The notes beneath the pieces are model-generated. The model did no database searches and was not told the origin of the DNA. It saw only the letters and a list, made by a program, of their open reading frames with translations. A stretch of 64,000 nt of DNA from an uncultured cyanobacterium (GTDB taxonomy: Bacteria > Cyanobacteriota > Cyanobacteriia > Cyanobacteriales > Nostocaceae), in assembly GCA_963706595.1 (NCBI GenBank), contig OY970166.1, positions 4,608,001-4,672,000 of the forward strand. Reading direction: 5' to 3'. Positions 1-11,152 of this stretch are shown one piece after another. The translations under genes were made by a program, and so were the position numbers. Each line of letters opens with the position of its first letter. Position 1 is the stretch's first letter.

Positions 1-161
1 TGACACTATGGCATCAACATTATCTCAAGTATGTTCTCAAATATTAAGATAGAATTTTCGTGGAGCCAATAAATGTTAAAAAGTGCCGATTTTGTTTGGC
101 TCGAATAAATAATTTGTTTACGAGTATACTGTTAGTTTAAAAGATTCATTATCCATTACTT

Positions 162-2405
162 ATGTCTACTATTAATCAACTTTTAAAGTTCGCTAAACCT
201 TATCCCGGTAGAATTATTTTAACTATAATATTGGGATTTTCTGGAGCTTTATTTAATGGCATCAGCACAGCAATGATTGTGCCTATAATTTTAAACATTG
301 TCGGGCAAGAAATAGATGTAACAAATGCTCCGCCTATTATCAAATCCATAATATCGCCCTTTGATAGTTTCCCAGAAAATTACCGGATGGTGATGATGGC
401 AGGAACAATTATCTTCATAATTTTCCTCAAAAACGCAGCTAGTTATGCTAGTAGCTTGGCATCTAGTTCTGTATCTCGTACACTCACATCAGATATGCGA
501 AGGGCCGGTGTACAGTTACTACTAGATATTGACATAACTTATTTTACCAAGATGAAGCTTGGTGATTTAATGACACAGGTTAACGGAGAAGTTTCGCGGG
601 CTGCTACTTCTTTAAATAACATAATTAAATTAATCATAAATGTAATTACAATTTTCGTGTTTCTATTTATTTTATTATCAATATCTTGGCAGCTAACGAT
701 TGCATCCACAGTTTTACTAGCTTTTGTAACATTAGTAAATCAGTATGCAATTTCGCGCTCAAAATATTTTGGTAAACAACTAACGCAAATGTCTCAAATT
801 CAGACATCTACTCTTATAGAAACATTAAGTGGAATTCGCTTAGTTAAGGCAACCGCCAATGAAGAAAAAACATATCAGAAAATTGACCAGCTAATTCAAA
901 ACCGCGAAACAGCAGAATTTCAATCTCAAGTTAATTCTAATATTATTGGTCCTACAAGTGAAGTGGCTGGACTGGTATCTATATTACTAATTGTCTTTAT
1001 AGGAAAAATTATATTTGCCGATCAAGTTGATTCGTTCTCAGCCATTCTGCTGACATATTTATTGGTACTACTCCGACTACTTCCTGTTGTTTCGCAGTTA
1101 AATGGTATTCGCAATAGCTTTGCTAATAATTCAGCTAGTGTAGATGTTGTGGCTGACTTTTTAAGGCGGGATAATAAGCCTCTAATGGCTAATGGTGATA
1201 TAGTCTACACCACATTTAAGGAGGGGTTACATTTTAAAAATATATCTTTCGCGTACCCCGGTAATGATAAATTAGTGCTGAAGGATGTAGATTTATATTT
1301 ACCAAGAGGTGCTACTCTGGCTTTGGTCGGTAGTTCTGGTGCAGGTAAATCTACTCTGGCTGATCTTTTACCAAGATTTTATGATCCTATTTCTGGCCAT
1401 ATTGCTATTGATGGGGTAGATATCCGGAAGTTTCATCTCAAGTCTCTGCGAAAGGCTATGGGTATTGTTAGTCAAGATACCTTCCTGTTCAATGATTCGA
1501 TAAAAAATAACATAGCCTACGGAAAAGCAGAAGCTAGCGATGAAGAAATTATGGCAGCTACCAAGCGCGCCAATGCCTATGAATTTATTAGCAAATTACC
1601 CCAAGGGTTGGATACTTTGATAGGCGATCGCGGTGTCATGTTATCTGGTGGACAGCGCCAACGTCTCGCCATAGCAAGAGCTTTACTGCAAGATCCAGAA
1701 ATTTTGATTTTAGATGAAGCTACCTCAGCATTAGATACTGTTTCGGAGCGTTTAGTGCAAGCAGCAATCGATGATTTAAGCCGCGATCGCACAACCTTAG
1801 TAATTGCTCACCGCCTTTCTACTGTCCAAAAAGCTGATCAAATTGCCGTATTTGATCAAGGACGAGTCGTAGAAGTGGGAACCCATGATCAACTCTTACA
1901 AAAAGGTGGTTACTATTCGCGCCTCTATTCCATGCAATTTGGTGAACAGGTAGATAATACCAGCAAATCTAACCAATTATTGATTCGCATCTCTTACGAA
2001 ATTCGGACAAGACTGAATGCTATAATTGGTTGTCTGCGATTATTAAATGATGGCATGGTAGATGATGCCAAAGAACGGCAAGAATTACTGGACGAATCAT
2101 ACAAAGCAACATTGAGAATTATTACGAATATTGAAATTTTTCAGGAAAGTATTAAACTACACAATAACTGGCAATCATCGCCATTCATTAGCAAAAATCA
2201 GACAATCAATGATCATGATCAAAAGTTAAGGCAAATATTTGATGAACTTCAGATAAAACTCAATAATATGATCAACTACCTAGTTTTACTCGCAGATGAT
2301 TTAGTAGATAATGGACAACAAGAAAATAAATTAATTACTGATTCTTATAATTTAGCTATTTACTTACTTGAACAAGTAGAAATATTAGAAAAAATCAAAG
2401 CCTGA
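162..2405 (+). CDS. ABC transporter permease/ATP-binding protein (MsbA/HepA-like exporter) with C-terminal HisKA-like extension
   Basis: N-terminal TM helices, Walker A GSSGAGKST, LSGGQRQR signature, ILILDEATS Walker B; ~150-aa tail beginning ISYEIRTRLNAIIG. Confidence 0.9.
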   Translation: MSTINQLLKFAKPYPGRIILTIILGFSGALFNGISTAMIVPIILNIVGQEIDVTNAPPIIKSIISPFDSFPENYRMVMMAGTIIFIIFLKNAASYASSLASSSVSRTLTSDMRRAGVQLLLDIDITYFTKMKLGDLMTQVNGEVSRAATSLNNIIKLIINVITIFVFLFILLSISWQLTIASTVLLAFVTLVNQYAISRSKYFGKQLTQMSQIQTSTLIETLSGIRLVKATANEEKTYQKIDQLIQNRETAEFQSQVNSNIIGPTSEVAGLVSILLIVFIGKIIFADQVDSFSAILLTYLLVLLRLLPVVSQLNGIRNSFANNSASVDVVADFLRRDNKPLMANGDIVYTTFKEGLHFKNISFAYPGNDKLVLKDVDLYLPRGATLALVGSSGAGKSTLADLLPRFYDPISGHIAIDGVDIRKFHLKSLRKAMGIVSQDTFLFNDSIKNNIAYGKAEASDEEIMAATKRANAYEFISKLPQGLDTLIGDRGVMLSGGQRQRLAIARALLQDPEILILDEATSALDTVSERLVQAAIDDLSRDRTTLVIAHRLSTVQKADQIAVFDQGRVVEVGTHDQLLQKGGYYSRLYSMQFGEQVDNTSKSNQLLIRISYEIRTRLNAIIGCLRLLNDGMVDDAKERQELLDESYKATLRIITNIEIFQESIKLHNNWQSSPFISKNQTINDHDQKLRQIFDELQIKLNNMINYLVLLADDLVDNGQQENKLITDSYNLAIYLLEQVEILEKIKA

Positions 2406-2526
2406 ACTATTCATAAATCAGATAGCATTCACCTCGGACTCAATGAGGGTAGACCAAATAGAAATTTGACGATTATAGGTAATAATGGCTAATATAAAAT
2501 ATCAGAGAATAATCGGGTGAGGAATC

Positions 2527-3666
2527 ATGAAAAAGATAGCTATCTTTTACCCATATTTTATGGGTGGTGGTGCAGAAGCAGTGGGATTATGGATTATCCA
2601 AGCATTGAAAGATAAATATGCTCTGACATTATTTACTTTGGGAGAAATTAAACTTGAAAAACTCAATGCCATGTACGGAACAACTATATCAAACGAAGAT
2701 ATAGAGATTCTGACTATTCTGCCTAAATTTTTTGACATTCTTTGTTATTTCATGATGAGCAGAAATAATAATTTCCAAATGTTATTTTTTCATACTTTAA
2801 TTCGTATTTTTAAACAAAATAGCCACGAATATGACCTAGTTATGTCTGCATACAATGCGATGGATATGGGTCAAAAAGGAATTCAGTACATACATTGGAT
2901 CAAAGTTCTTGAGGGTAAACCTTTTCATAGAAAAATTTCGGCTTTTTCTCAGGAACAGCTAATGGAAAACATCTCTGTTGCCAATTCTTACTGTGTTGCA
3001 GATTATGTCAATAAGCACTATGGAATTAATGCTAATGTTGTGTATCCTCCTGTTGTTATAGACACCCCTGATATTGCCTGGAGTGATAAAGAATATGCAT
3101 TCATTTGCAGTGGCAGAATAGTAGAACCTAAACAGCCTCATAAAGTCATCAAAATTCTCAAACAAGTGCGTGAGAGAGGCTTTGATATTAAGCTACATAT
3201 CACAGGTGGAGGTGGTGGTATTTATGAATGGAAATATAATAATTTAGTCAAAAAAATGGTGAGAGAAAACTCATCTTGGATAACCTTACATAAAAATCTT
3301 CCTTATCAAGCATATGTTAAAATATTAGCTAATTGTAAGTACGGGATTCACTATAAAAAAGAACCTTTTGGTATTTCTATTGCCGAAATGGTTAAAGCTG
3401 GTGCTATTCCTTTCGTGAGATATGAAGGCGGACAGGTAGAAATAGTCGGTCAGAATAATGAAGAATTATTTTTTAATACAGAAGCAGAAGCAGTAGAAAA
3501 AATTATTGCCGTTTTAAGTAGTTCAGCAAAACAAACCCAAGTAATTGCATCTTTGAATAACCAAAGAAATTTATTTTCTACCCAAAGGTTTATGTCAGAA
3601 ATAGATGATTTAGTTACGTCTTACTTTGACATTGACACAAAATTATCAATCTTAAATTCAAAGTAG
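2527..3666 (+). CDS. Glycosyltransferase family 4 (GT-B)
   Basis: N-terminal GGGAE motif, EPFGISIAE (ExF/G-x7-E) motif. Confidence 0.85.
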   Translation: MKKIAIFYPYFMGGGAEAVGLWIIQALKDKYALTLFTLGEIKLEKLNAMYGTTISNEDIEILTILPKFFDILCYFMMSRNNNFQMLFFHTLIRIFKQNSHEYDLVMSAYNAMDMGQKGIQYIHWIKVLEGKPFHRKISAFSQEQLMENISVANSYCVADYVNKHYGINANVVYPPVVIDTPDIAWSDKEYAFICSGRIVEPKQPHKVIKILKQVRERGFDIKLHITGGGGGIYEWKYNNLVKKMVRENSSWITLHKNLPYQAYVKILANCKYGIHYKKEPFGISIAEMVKAGAIPFVRYEGGQVEIVGQNNEELFFNTEAEAVEKIIAVLSSSAKQTQVIASLNNQRNLFSTQRFMSEIDDLVTSYFDIDTKLSILNSK

Positions 3667-3725
3667 AAAGGTCATATTATAAATTATGATTCATTGCTAT
3701 TTATACTAGTAAATAACTAAAAATA

Positions 3726-4598
3726 ATGAAATCAATTATTAATTACCATGTTATTGATTCTACAAATATTGGAGATTTATTTTCAGCCCCCACGAAATAT
3801 TTTAGTTTTCCTGGTTATACTGTCGAACAAGCTGATATCCGAAACATAAATGTTAATGAGATCAGAGACAAACATATTATTGTGGGTGGAGGGGGACTTC
3901 TATATAAACCATTTTTAGATTCTTTTGCAAAACTGATTGAGTCTAAAGCCAATATAAAATTAATTGCTTGGGGAATTGGCCAGCAGAGTTATGGTAGTGG
4001 TTTTACAAATCAGGAATTGCAGAATTTTAACTATTCTCAATACCTGAAAGATTTTGACTTAGTTGGTATTCGGGATTTTAACTATAAAGATAATTGGGTA
4101 CCTTGCGCTAGTTGTATGCACCCAGCATTTGATAAAAAGCAGGAGATTAAACATGAATTTGTAGTTTTTTCGCATAAAAAATTTCAAATAAAAATTGGTA
4201 ACTTCCCTCAAATGACTAATAATAATCAAGATATTGAGGAAATATTGGATTTTTTGGGTTCGGGAGAAACTATATTAACCAGTTCATATCATGGAGCATA
4301 TTGGGGAACACTACTTGGGAGAAAAGTTTTGTCTTTTCCATTTAGCAGCAAGTTTTATACACTAAAACATTCTCCCGGAATTTACCCTATTCAAAAGTGG
4401 ATACAGCCAAAAAGAAAACTGTCGCTATTCAATAAAACCTTGTTTGAGTACAGTGATCAAAACAAGTTTTCCTGTAATATTGATAATTGGCAAGATTATC
4501 TCAAAAGCTGTCAAGTTTATTCTGAAAGTCTTCACGAAAATCGTGAACGTAATCATTGGTATCACGCTCAAATAATGAATATTTTATCTAATGCCTAA
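3726..4598 (+). CDS. Polysaccharide pyruvyl-transferase-like protein
   Basis: NIGD, IVGGGGL, VGIRD and TSSYHG motifs typical of this fold. Confidence 0.65.
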   Translation: MKSIINYHVIDSTNIGDLFSAPTKYFSFPGYTVEQADIRNINVNEIRDKHIIVGGGGLLYKPFLDSFAKLIESKANIKLIAWGIGQQSYGSGFTNQELQNFNYSQYLKDFDLVGIRDFNYKDNWVPCASCMHPAFDKKQEIKHEFVVFSHKKFQIKIGNFPQMTNNNQDIEEILDFLGSGETILTSSYHGAYWGTLLGRKVLSFPFSSKFYTLKHSPGIYPIQKWIQPKRKLSLFNKTLFEYSDQNKFSCNIDNWQDYLKSCQVYSESLHENRERNHWYHAQIMNILSNA

Positions 4599-4624
4599 AA
4601 AACATAAAAAAATATATAATATAT

Positions 4625-4876
4625 ATGAAAAATCTCAGTTTTAAACGGCATTATATTTTCTATATTCCAGAAGATTTACCAAAAGCACAAGCTCATCTAG
4701 TTTCATCTAAAAATGCGGTAAACTTATGGCTGAAAGATGTTTTAGAAACTAGCCGTATAAAAGTAAAAGCTTATGTAGATATAATCAAATTTCTCAAGCA
4801 GTTTTATTGGGAAAATCAAGCCGTAAAAATTCTCAGTTGCGTTGATAAAACTCTAATTAATCAAATTATAAATTAA
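4625..4876 (+). pseudogene. Probable internally deleted glycosyltransferase remnant (83 aa)
   Basis: N-terminus HYIFYIPEDLPKAQAHLV and C-terminus KQFYWENQAVKIL resemble the two ends of cyanobacterial GT4 proteins; far too short to be intact. Confidence 0.45.
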
Positions 4877-4877
4877 C

Positions 4878-5837
4878 ATGGATATAAAAACTATTGGTAT
4901 GATTAGCAGCTATGGCAATCTTGACAAAAGAGGTGATTGGCTGTGGCAACAAACCCCCCATCCATTAGGTATTTGGGGTAATATCCAAATGCAGGCGATC
5001 GCATCAAAACCAGATTTTCTGTTGCTGTATCAGTTTAACTTTCCCAAACCTCCCAAGCAACAATCTTGGTGGGATAATTTTCGCAAAAAACAACAAAAAA
5101 CTGCATTAAATCTTGATTCTTTGCTACGCGGAGTCAGCAAGGAAAGGATAATTTATTTGTTGCGGGAACCACCATTAGATGAAGTTGTAGAAAAACATCG
5201 TAGAGCATACCAGCAAGCTCAGAAATACTGCGGCTATGTTTCTGGACCTGATGATTTTGCGCCTCATCCCGACTATATGCCTGCTATTTGGTATCATGGC
5301 AACTCGTTTCAGGAATTAAATGAAATGCCACCACCGCCAAAAGTTTCTCCTTGCAGTTGGATCACTTCTGGTATTAGTCGTACTGCGAACCATCGTCAAA
5401 GATTAAACTTTTTACAGTCTTTACAGTCTAGCGACATTAAATTTGATTTGTATGGGCGCGATTTACCAACATGGGCAAAAACATCTGGTGAGTTGGGTAA
5501 TAAATGGCATGGAATGGCACCGTATTATTATAATCTTTCGATTGAAAACTATGCTGATAACAATTGGTATGTGAGTGAAAAATTATGGGATGCTTTGTTG
5601 GCTTGGTGTTTACCTATTTACTATGGTGGACCAGCAGCTGATAAATTATTACCACCAGGTAGTTTTTTGCGGTTACCTAGTTTAGATGAAAAAGGTTTGG
5701 CCTACATCCAGGACGTGACTGCTACTCCTGATGCTTGGTATGCTGCTAAAGATGCGATCGCAGAAGCTAGACAAATTATTTTACATAAATTAAACCTACT
5801 CAACTGGTTATCAGAATTTACTGGTAAATATTCTTAA
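4878..5837 (+). CDS. Glycosyltransferase family 10 (fucosyltransferase-like)
   Basis: YYYNLSIEN...YVSEKLWDALLAWCLPIYYG GT10 motif. Confidence 0.85.
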   Translation: MDIKTIGMISSYGNLDKRGDWLWQQTPHPLGIWGNIQMQAIASKPDFLLLYQFNFPKPPKQQSWWDNFRKKQQKTALNLDSLLRGVSKERIIYLLREPPLDEVVEKHRRAYQQAQKYCGYVSGPDDFAPHPDYMPAIWYHGNSFQELNEMPPPPKVSPCSWITSGISRTANHRQRLNFLQSLQSSDIKFDLYGRDLPTWAKTSGELGNKWHGMAPYYYNLSIENYADNNWYVSEKLWDALLAWCLPIYYGGPAADKLLPPGSFLRLPSLDEKGLAYIQDVTATPDAWYAAKDAIAEARQIILHKLNLLNWLSEFTGKYS

Positions 5838-5855
5838 TAAATTGGGGATTTTTAT

Positions 5856-6860
5856 ATGGATGGTATTTGTACTCTCGCCAACGACCGAGTTTATGAACAA
5901 GTCATTGCTTTACTCAACAGCATAGAGGCAATTTATGGGCAAGAAATGCCAGTTTGTATCTATCCTTATGACGACAATATAGCAAAACTTAGTGCAGAAA
6001 TTGCTCATCGTCCCCAAGTGCAACTTTACGATGATCGAGAATCGATTCAGAGATGGGATGAGTTTATTTGCCAGATTTGGGACGCACATCCCACAGCCGC
6101 AGAACATTGGTCAAAATTAGGTAAGGATAAATATCATCGAGTCGGTACTCATAGACGTTATGGTGCTTTTGATGGGCCATTTGACCGTTTCGTTTATATG
6201 GATGCCGATACTTTATTAATGAGTCCATTAACGGCAATTTTCAACCAGTTGAATAATCATGACTGGGTAGTATATGATTTCCAATACACAGATTTATCTC
6301 ATGTGTATCATCAAGCCTCGGCAAAGTTAACAGAAATATTTACACCACAACAACTGCAAACAGAAATATTTTGTTCGGGATTTTATGCTTCTAAAAAAGG
6401 GGTATTTGATGCCAAAATGCGAGAATCGTTACTAGAAAAACTTCGTCAAGGAGAAGCCGAAATACTTTATGATATGGCTCCTGACCAAACTATTCTTAAT
6501 TATATGGTCATGCGCTCAAAAATCTCTAGCTATAATTTTGCTCTGGAACTTCCCGAATCTGAAAAAACAGGATGTTGTGTAGTTTCTGAGCATTTTCAGA
6601 CTCAAGATAATATATTGTATGACAAAGGTAAACAATTAACTTATCTTCACTATATCGGCTTGAGTTCTAAATTATTTGTGCGAGTTTGTGAGGGAGAAAA
6701 TATTGATTTTCCCTATCGGGATGTTTTCTTACATTATCGCTATCTGCATGAACCAGACAAGCGTCCAAAATTTACAACTAAAGCCAAGGCTTATAACGCC
6801 CCTCCCAGTTTAGCTACAAAAGTTTTAAAAAAGTTAGGATTAACCAGTGGAGGTAAATAA
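5856..6860 (+). CDS. Npun_R2821/R2822-family nucleotide-diphospho-sugar transferase-like protein
   Basis: GICTLAND start, YMDAD DxD motif, DQTILNY; paralog of the next gene. Confidence 0.75.
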   Translation: MDGICTLANDRVYEQVIALLNSIEAIYGQEMPVCIYPYDDNIAKLSAEIAHRPQVQLYDDRESIQRWDEFICQIWDAHPTAAEHWSKLGKDKYHRVGTHRRYGAFDGPFDRFVYMDADTLLMSPLTAIFNQLNNHDWVVYDFQYTDLSHVYHQASAKLTEIFTPQQLQTEIFCSGFYASKKGVFDAKMRESLLEKLRQGEAEILYDMAPDQTILNYMVMRSKISSYNFALELPESEKTGCCVVSEHFQTQDNILYDKGKQLTYLHYIGLSSKLFVRVCEGENIDFPYRDVFLHYRYLHEPDKRPKFTTKAKAYNAPPSLATKVLKKLGLTSGGK

Positions 6861-6861
6861 G

Positions 6862-7803
6862 ATGAATCGCGGAATTTATATTATTGCTAATGACAAGGTT
6901 TTAGATCAGGCGATCGCACTCTTAAATAGTATCAGATTGCATGACGCAGATACACCAATTATCATAATCCCTTATGATGATAATTATCACCAGATAGCCG
7001 AAACACTTAACCAACATTATGGAGTAAAAGTTTACGAAGATTTAGATTTTATTGACCGTCTAGCGGGAAAGCTACATGAAACTTTTGGGGGCAAGTTTTT
7101 CGCTCGTCCCAATCAATTTCGGAAGCAGGCTTGTTGGTTTGGACCTTTTGATGAGTTTTTGTACATTGATACCGATATTGTCGTTTTTGAGAAGATTATT
7201 GATAATCTGAATTATTTGGCGGAATCAGATTTTATTTGTTGCGACTATCAACATTTAGGTGGGATTAAGAATGTTTTTAGTTCCCAGGTATTAGAAGATA
7301 AAATATTTACGGAAGCAGAAGTTAAAGAGATTTTTAACGGTGGGTTTTGGGGTTCCAAGAAAAACTTAGTCTCGGAAAATGATTTATATGAAACTTTTGC
7401 CGAGTGTGCAGCCCATCCAGAATACTTTGACTTTTCCGAAAAGACCTCGGATCAACCAATTATTAACTATATGTTGCTGAAGCGGATTCCACGTCGCTTT
7501 AATGTAGTTCGGAGAGAGGGTAAAGCACCGGGAAATTGGGCGGGAACTCCACACTTTCAGGCTGAAGGCAATATTCTCTTTGATCCTACAGTCAATCAAC
7601 CGCTACAATATCTCCACTGGGCGGGGATTCGGATTCAACCCGGCTGTCCTTACTGGGAAACTTGGGAACATTACCGCAACCTAAATCCAGCGTTACCTGC
7701 GGCGAATATACCCGCACCTGTAGAAAAAAGTCAGTTGCAAGGAACTCTCGAACAGGTGAAAAATCAACTTCGTAAACTGAAAAAAAGCGTTTTAAGTGAT
7801 TAA
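6862..7803 (+). CDS. Npun_R2821/R2822-family sugar transferase-like protein (paralog)
   Basis: GIYIIAND, YIDTD DxD, DQPIINY; ATG at 6862 follows GGAGG. Confidence 0.75.
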   Translation: MNRGIYIIANDKVLDQAIALLNSIRLHDADTPIIIIPYDDNYHQIAETLNQHYGVKVYEDLDFIDRLAGKLHETFGGKFFARPNQFRKQACWFGPFDEFLYIDTDIVVFEKIIDNLNYLAESDFICCDYQHLGGIKNVFSSQVLEDKIFTEAEVKEIFNGGFWGSKKNLVSENDLYETFAECAAHPEYFDFSEKTSDQPIINYMLLKRIPRRFNVVRREGKAPGNWAGTPHFQAEGNILFDPTVNQPLQYLHWAGIRIQPGCPYWETWEHYRNLNPALPAANIPAPVEKSQLQGTLEQVKNQLRKLKKSVLSD

Positions 7804-7998
7804 TTCCAGCCCAGTGCGATGGGCTTCACCCCGCCTTTGGCGATCGCATCTGAATTTTTTGACAACTAAATAGTTGCGATCGCACCCTACGATTCGCTAG
7901 GATCTGTAAGCTTTAGGTTATAAGCAAAGCTGCTGGTGATTGTGAGCTATGCTGCTAAAACCCAAGTTAATCAGATTTTACAGGAAAAAACGAAACCG

Positions 7999-8457
7999 AT
8001 GGCGAAACGTGTACAGTTAGTTTTAAATCAAGATATTAGCAAGCTGGGAAAATTAGGCGATTTAGTAGACGTAGCTCCCGGCTATGCTCGTAATTATCTC
8101 ATTCCCCAGAAATTGGCAACCCATGCTACTCCAGGTATTCTCAAACAAGTAGAACGCCGTCGCGAGAAAGAGTTTCAACGCCAACTAGAACTTCGTCAAC
8201 AAGCTTTAGAACAAAAAGCAGCTTTAGAAAAAATTGGCAGCTTGCAAATTTCCAAACCCCTTGGTGAAAACGAAGCAATTTTCGGGACAGTTACGACTCA
8301 AGATGTCGCTGAAGCAATTCAGGCGGCTACCAGTCAAGAAATTGATCGTCGTGGAATTACCATTCCTGATATTAACCATCTGGGAACTTACCAAGCCGAA
8401 GTCAAGCTACATTCTGACGTAACGGCTCAAGTTAATATTGAAGTTGTAGCCAGTTAA
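7999..8457 (+). CDS. rplI: 50S ribosomal protein L9
   Basis: [17 protein letters not shown] motifs; adjacent to dnaB; start taken at MAKRV. Confidence 0.97.
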   Translation: MAKRVQLVLNQDISKLGKLGDLVDVAPGYARNYLIPQKLATHATPGILKQVERRREKEFQRQLELRQQALEQKAALEKIGSLQISKPLGENEAIFGTVTTQDVAEAIQAATSQEIDRRGITIPDINHLGTYQAEVKLHSDVTAQVNIEVVAS

Positions 8458-8460
8458 GTG

Positions 8461-8575
8461 GTAGAGACGCGATGAATCGCGTCTGTACAAGAATTGCTGG
8501 TAGAGACGCAATGAATCGCGTATAAGGAATTGCTGGTAAAGACGCGATGAATCGCGTCTCTACAAGGAATTGCTG
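8461..8575. repeat. Three tandem REP-like palindromes GTAGAGACGCGATGAATCGCGTCTCTAC with near-identical linkers
   Basis: Direct reading; related copies at ~50599-50626 and ~57981-58005. Confidence 0.85.
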
Positions 8576-8604
8576 AGTGAATCCCATCCAAGTTGAAGTC
8601 GCTT

Positions 8605-9960
8605 ATGTCGGAAGAACTGAGTTTTCAAGGCGATGGTAGCGATCGCCTACCACCCCAAAATATTGAAGCAGAAGAAGCGATTTTGGGCGGAATTTTACTT
8701 GATCCAGAAGCCATTGGAAGAGTGAGCGATCGCCTCTTACCAATAGCCTTCTACATCAGCGCTCACAAAGATATCTATCAAGCCGCCCTGCGCCTCCATG
8801 CTCAAGGTAAACCCACAGACTTACTCTCAGTTACAAGTTGGCTAGCCGATAACGATATTCTCGCCCGGATTGGGGGCAGAAACAAATTAGCCACTCTCGT
8901 AGACCGCACAGTGTCAGCCGTTAACATTGATGCCTTAGCCGGGCTGGTAATGGAAAAATACCTGCGACGGCAGTTAATTAAAGCTGGTAACGAAATTGTC
9001 CATCTTGGTTACGAGACAGAAACCGAATTACCCACAGTTTTAGATCAAGCCGAACAGAAAGTTTTTGGTGTGACTCAAGATCGTGTCCAATCAGGTCTAA
9101 CTCACATTTCTGATACCCTGATTAATACCTTTCAAGATATTGAAACTCGTCACCAAGGCATTGCTCTCCCCGGTATTCCTTGCGGCTTCTATGATTTAGA
9201 TTCCTTAACCAGTGGCTTCCAGCGTTCTGATTTAATTATTATCGCCGGTAGGCCATCAATGGGGAAAACGGCATTTTGCTTAAATCTCGCTCACAATATC
9301 GCGGCTGGTTATAAATTACCGATAGCCTTTTTCAGCTTGGAAATGTCTAAAGAACAGCTAGCACAAAGACTATTAGCTAGTGAAGCGAAAATTGAAACTG
9401 GTTATTTGCGGAGTGGGCGCATTAGTCAAACACAATGGGAACCTTTAAGCCGTGCTATTGGTATGCTTTCAGAGATGCCCATTTTTATTGATGACACATC
9501 CAATATTACCATTACCCAAATGCGTAGTCAGGCTAGGCGACTGCAAGCAGAACAAGGAACTGAATTAGGATTAGTTGTGATAGATTATTTGCAATTAATG
9601 GAAGGTGGTGGTGATAACCGCGTCCAAGAATTATCAAAAATTACCCGTTCTCTCAAAGGTTTAGCCCGTGAATTATCTGTACCAGTGATTGCCCTCTCAC
9701 AGTTGAGTCGTGGAGTGGAAGCACGCACCAATAAGCGCCCCATGCTCTCAGATTTGAGGGAAAGTGGCAGTATTGAGCAAGACGCGGATTTAGTTATGAT
9801 GTTATACCGCGATGATTATTATAATCCTGACAGTCCTGATCGGGGGATTGCAGAAGTCAACATAGCTAAACACCGCAACGGTCCCACAGGTACGGTTAAA
9901 CTTTTATTTGATCCGCAATTTACAAAGTTTAAAAACTTAGCCAAACAAGGCAATTATTAA
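8605..9960 (+). CDS. dnaB: Replicative DNA helicase, no intein
   Basis: AGRPSMGKT, VIDYLQL, LRESGSIEQDAD uninterrupted. Confidence 0.97.
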   Translation: MSEELSFQGDGSDRLPPQNIEAEEAILGGILLDPEAIGRVSDRLLPIAFYISAHKDIYQAALRLHAQGKPTDLLSVTSWLADNDILARIGGRNKLATLVDRTVSAVNIDALAGLVMEKYLRRQLIKAGNEIVHLGYETETELPTVLDQAEQKVFGVTQDRVQSGLTHISDTLINTFQDIETRHQGIALPGIPCGFYDLDSLTSGFQRSDLIIIAGRPSMGKTAFCLNLAHNIAAGYKLPIAFFSLEMSKEQLAQRLLASEAKIETGYLRSGRISQTQWEPLSRAIGMLSEMPIFIDDTSNITITQMRSQARRLQAEQGTELGLVVIDYLQLMEGGGDNRVQELSKITRSLKGLARELSVPVIALSQLSRGVEARTNKRPMLSDLRESGSIEQDADLVMMLYRDDYYNPDSPDRGIAEVNIAKHRNGPTGTVKLLFDPQFTKFKNLAKQGNY

Positions 9961-10079
9961 TAATTCGTAATTCGTAATATTTCCTGCGGAAACGCTGCGC
10001 GAACGTAATTCGTAATTGGGCATTGGGGAAGAAGAAATAGGTTGTACTTTCCTAGACTCCAATCCCCAGCCCCTATTTT

Positions 10080-10604
10080 CTACTTAACGCCCAGCAATTC
10101 AACGTCAAATAGCAAAGTAGCATTAGGTGGAATTGCACCACCAGCACCACGGGAGCCATAACCTAAATCGGAAGGAATGATTAGCTGACGACGACCGCCT
10201 ACTTTCATAGTGCTGAGTCCTTCGTCCCAACCTTTAATCACTTGTCCGATACCGATTTTAAACTCGAAGGGTTTACCGCGATCGCGTGAACTATCAAACT
10301 TAGTACCATTTTCTAAAGTACCAGTGTAGTGAACTACAACCGTTTGTCCAGGTTGAGGAGTCGCGCCAGTTCCTTCTTCTAATTCAATATATTTCAGTCC
10401 AGATGGGGTTGTGACGACGTTGGCATCAGAAGACATAGTATTGCTCGCAATCAAGGTTTGGTTTTGTGTGACACTCGTGGGTGCTGGTGTAGTTTCGGTC
10501 AAATTAGCAGCAAGAGCAGAGTTGACATTATTGTTAACTTGTGCTACTACCAAAACTACAATACAGATCAGCATGAAACCCACGCTGAGTAAAATTGATT
10601 TCAA
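10080..10604 (-). CDS. FKBP-type peptidyl-prolyl isomerase with signal/TM segment
   Basis: [36 protein letters not shown]. Confidence 0.95.
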   Translation of the reverse strand: MKSILLSVGFMLICIVVLVVAQVNNNVNSALAANLTETTPAPTSVTQNQTLIASNTMSSDANVVTTPSGLKYIELEEGTGATPQPGQTVVVHYTGTLENGTKFDSSRDRGKPFEFKIGIGQVIKGWDEGLSTMKVGGRRQLIIPSDLGYGSRGAGGAIPPNATLLFDVELLGVK

Positions 10605-10687
10605 AATTAGCCCTCCCTAATTAGGCAATCTGGCATTATTTAAGATTACCAACAGGACACAATTCAGTGTAAATCAGAAAGCCGCTT

Positions 10688-11011
10688 TTAGCGCCAAAGC
10701 TTATTTTCTAAATCACGCAGTTGACGCTCTAAACGGTCAATTCTCCCCCGTAATTCATCCACTTCAGACTGACGAGCCACGCCCAAATCCTGCATCATAT
10801 TCCGCATTTGTCGCTGCATTTGGTCTTCCCAGTTTCCCTGCTCTGACTTTAATTGCTCCACAACGTCATCCATAACCGCCTTAGCTTGCTCAGGATCGAG
10901 TTTACCGTCCTTAACCAAATCATCGCTAACTTGCCGCATTTTTTCCGCTACCAAAGACGTTGTACCAATACCGAGCATCATTAACTGTTGCAACCAGTTA
11001 TTACTATCCAT
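10688..11011 (-). CDS. Phasin-family/coiled-coil protein
   Basis: LGIGTTSLVAEK...DLGVARQSEVDELRGRIDRLE; start at MDSNN after GGGAG. Confidence 0.7.
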   Translation of the reverse strand: MDSNNWLQQLMMLGIGTTSLVAEKMRQVSDDLVKDGKLDPEQAKAVMDDVVEQLKSEQGNWEDQMQRQMRNMMQDLGVARQSEVDELRGRIDRLERQLRDLENKLWR

Positions 11012-11152
11012 ACTCCCTTCCTCTTCATGATTTCCCACTAGCTGACTCTGGCTATTGAGTGTATACAATCAAGCTATGCTGGAAAAGTGGTTATTTTAGC
11101 CTACATCTCTATTTTGGCAAATTCGTAAACACAACAGAGGGAATTCAAGAGT

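Noticed and set aside
8461..8575. CRISPR-like array of three palindromic units
   Set aside because: Linkers are short (~12 nt) and near-identical, the unit is a dispersed REP-like repeat, and there are no cas genes
8605..9960. DnaB intein
   Set aside because: The usual insertion site RESG/SIEQ is uninterrupted and the length fits an intein-free protein
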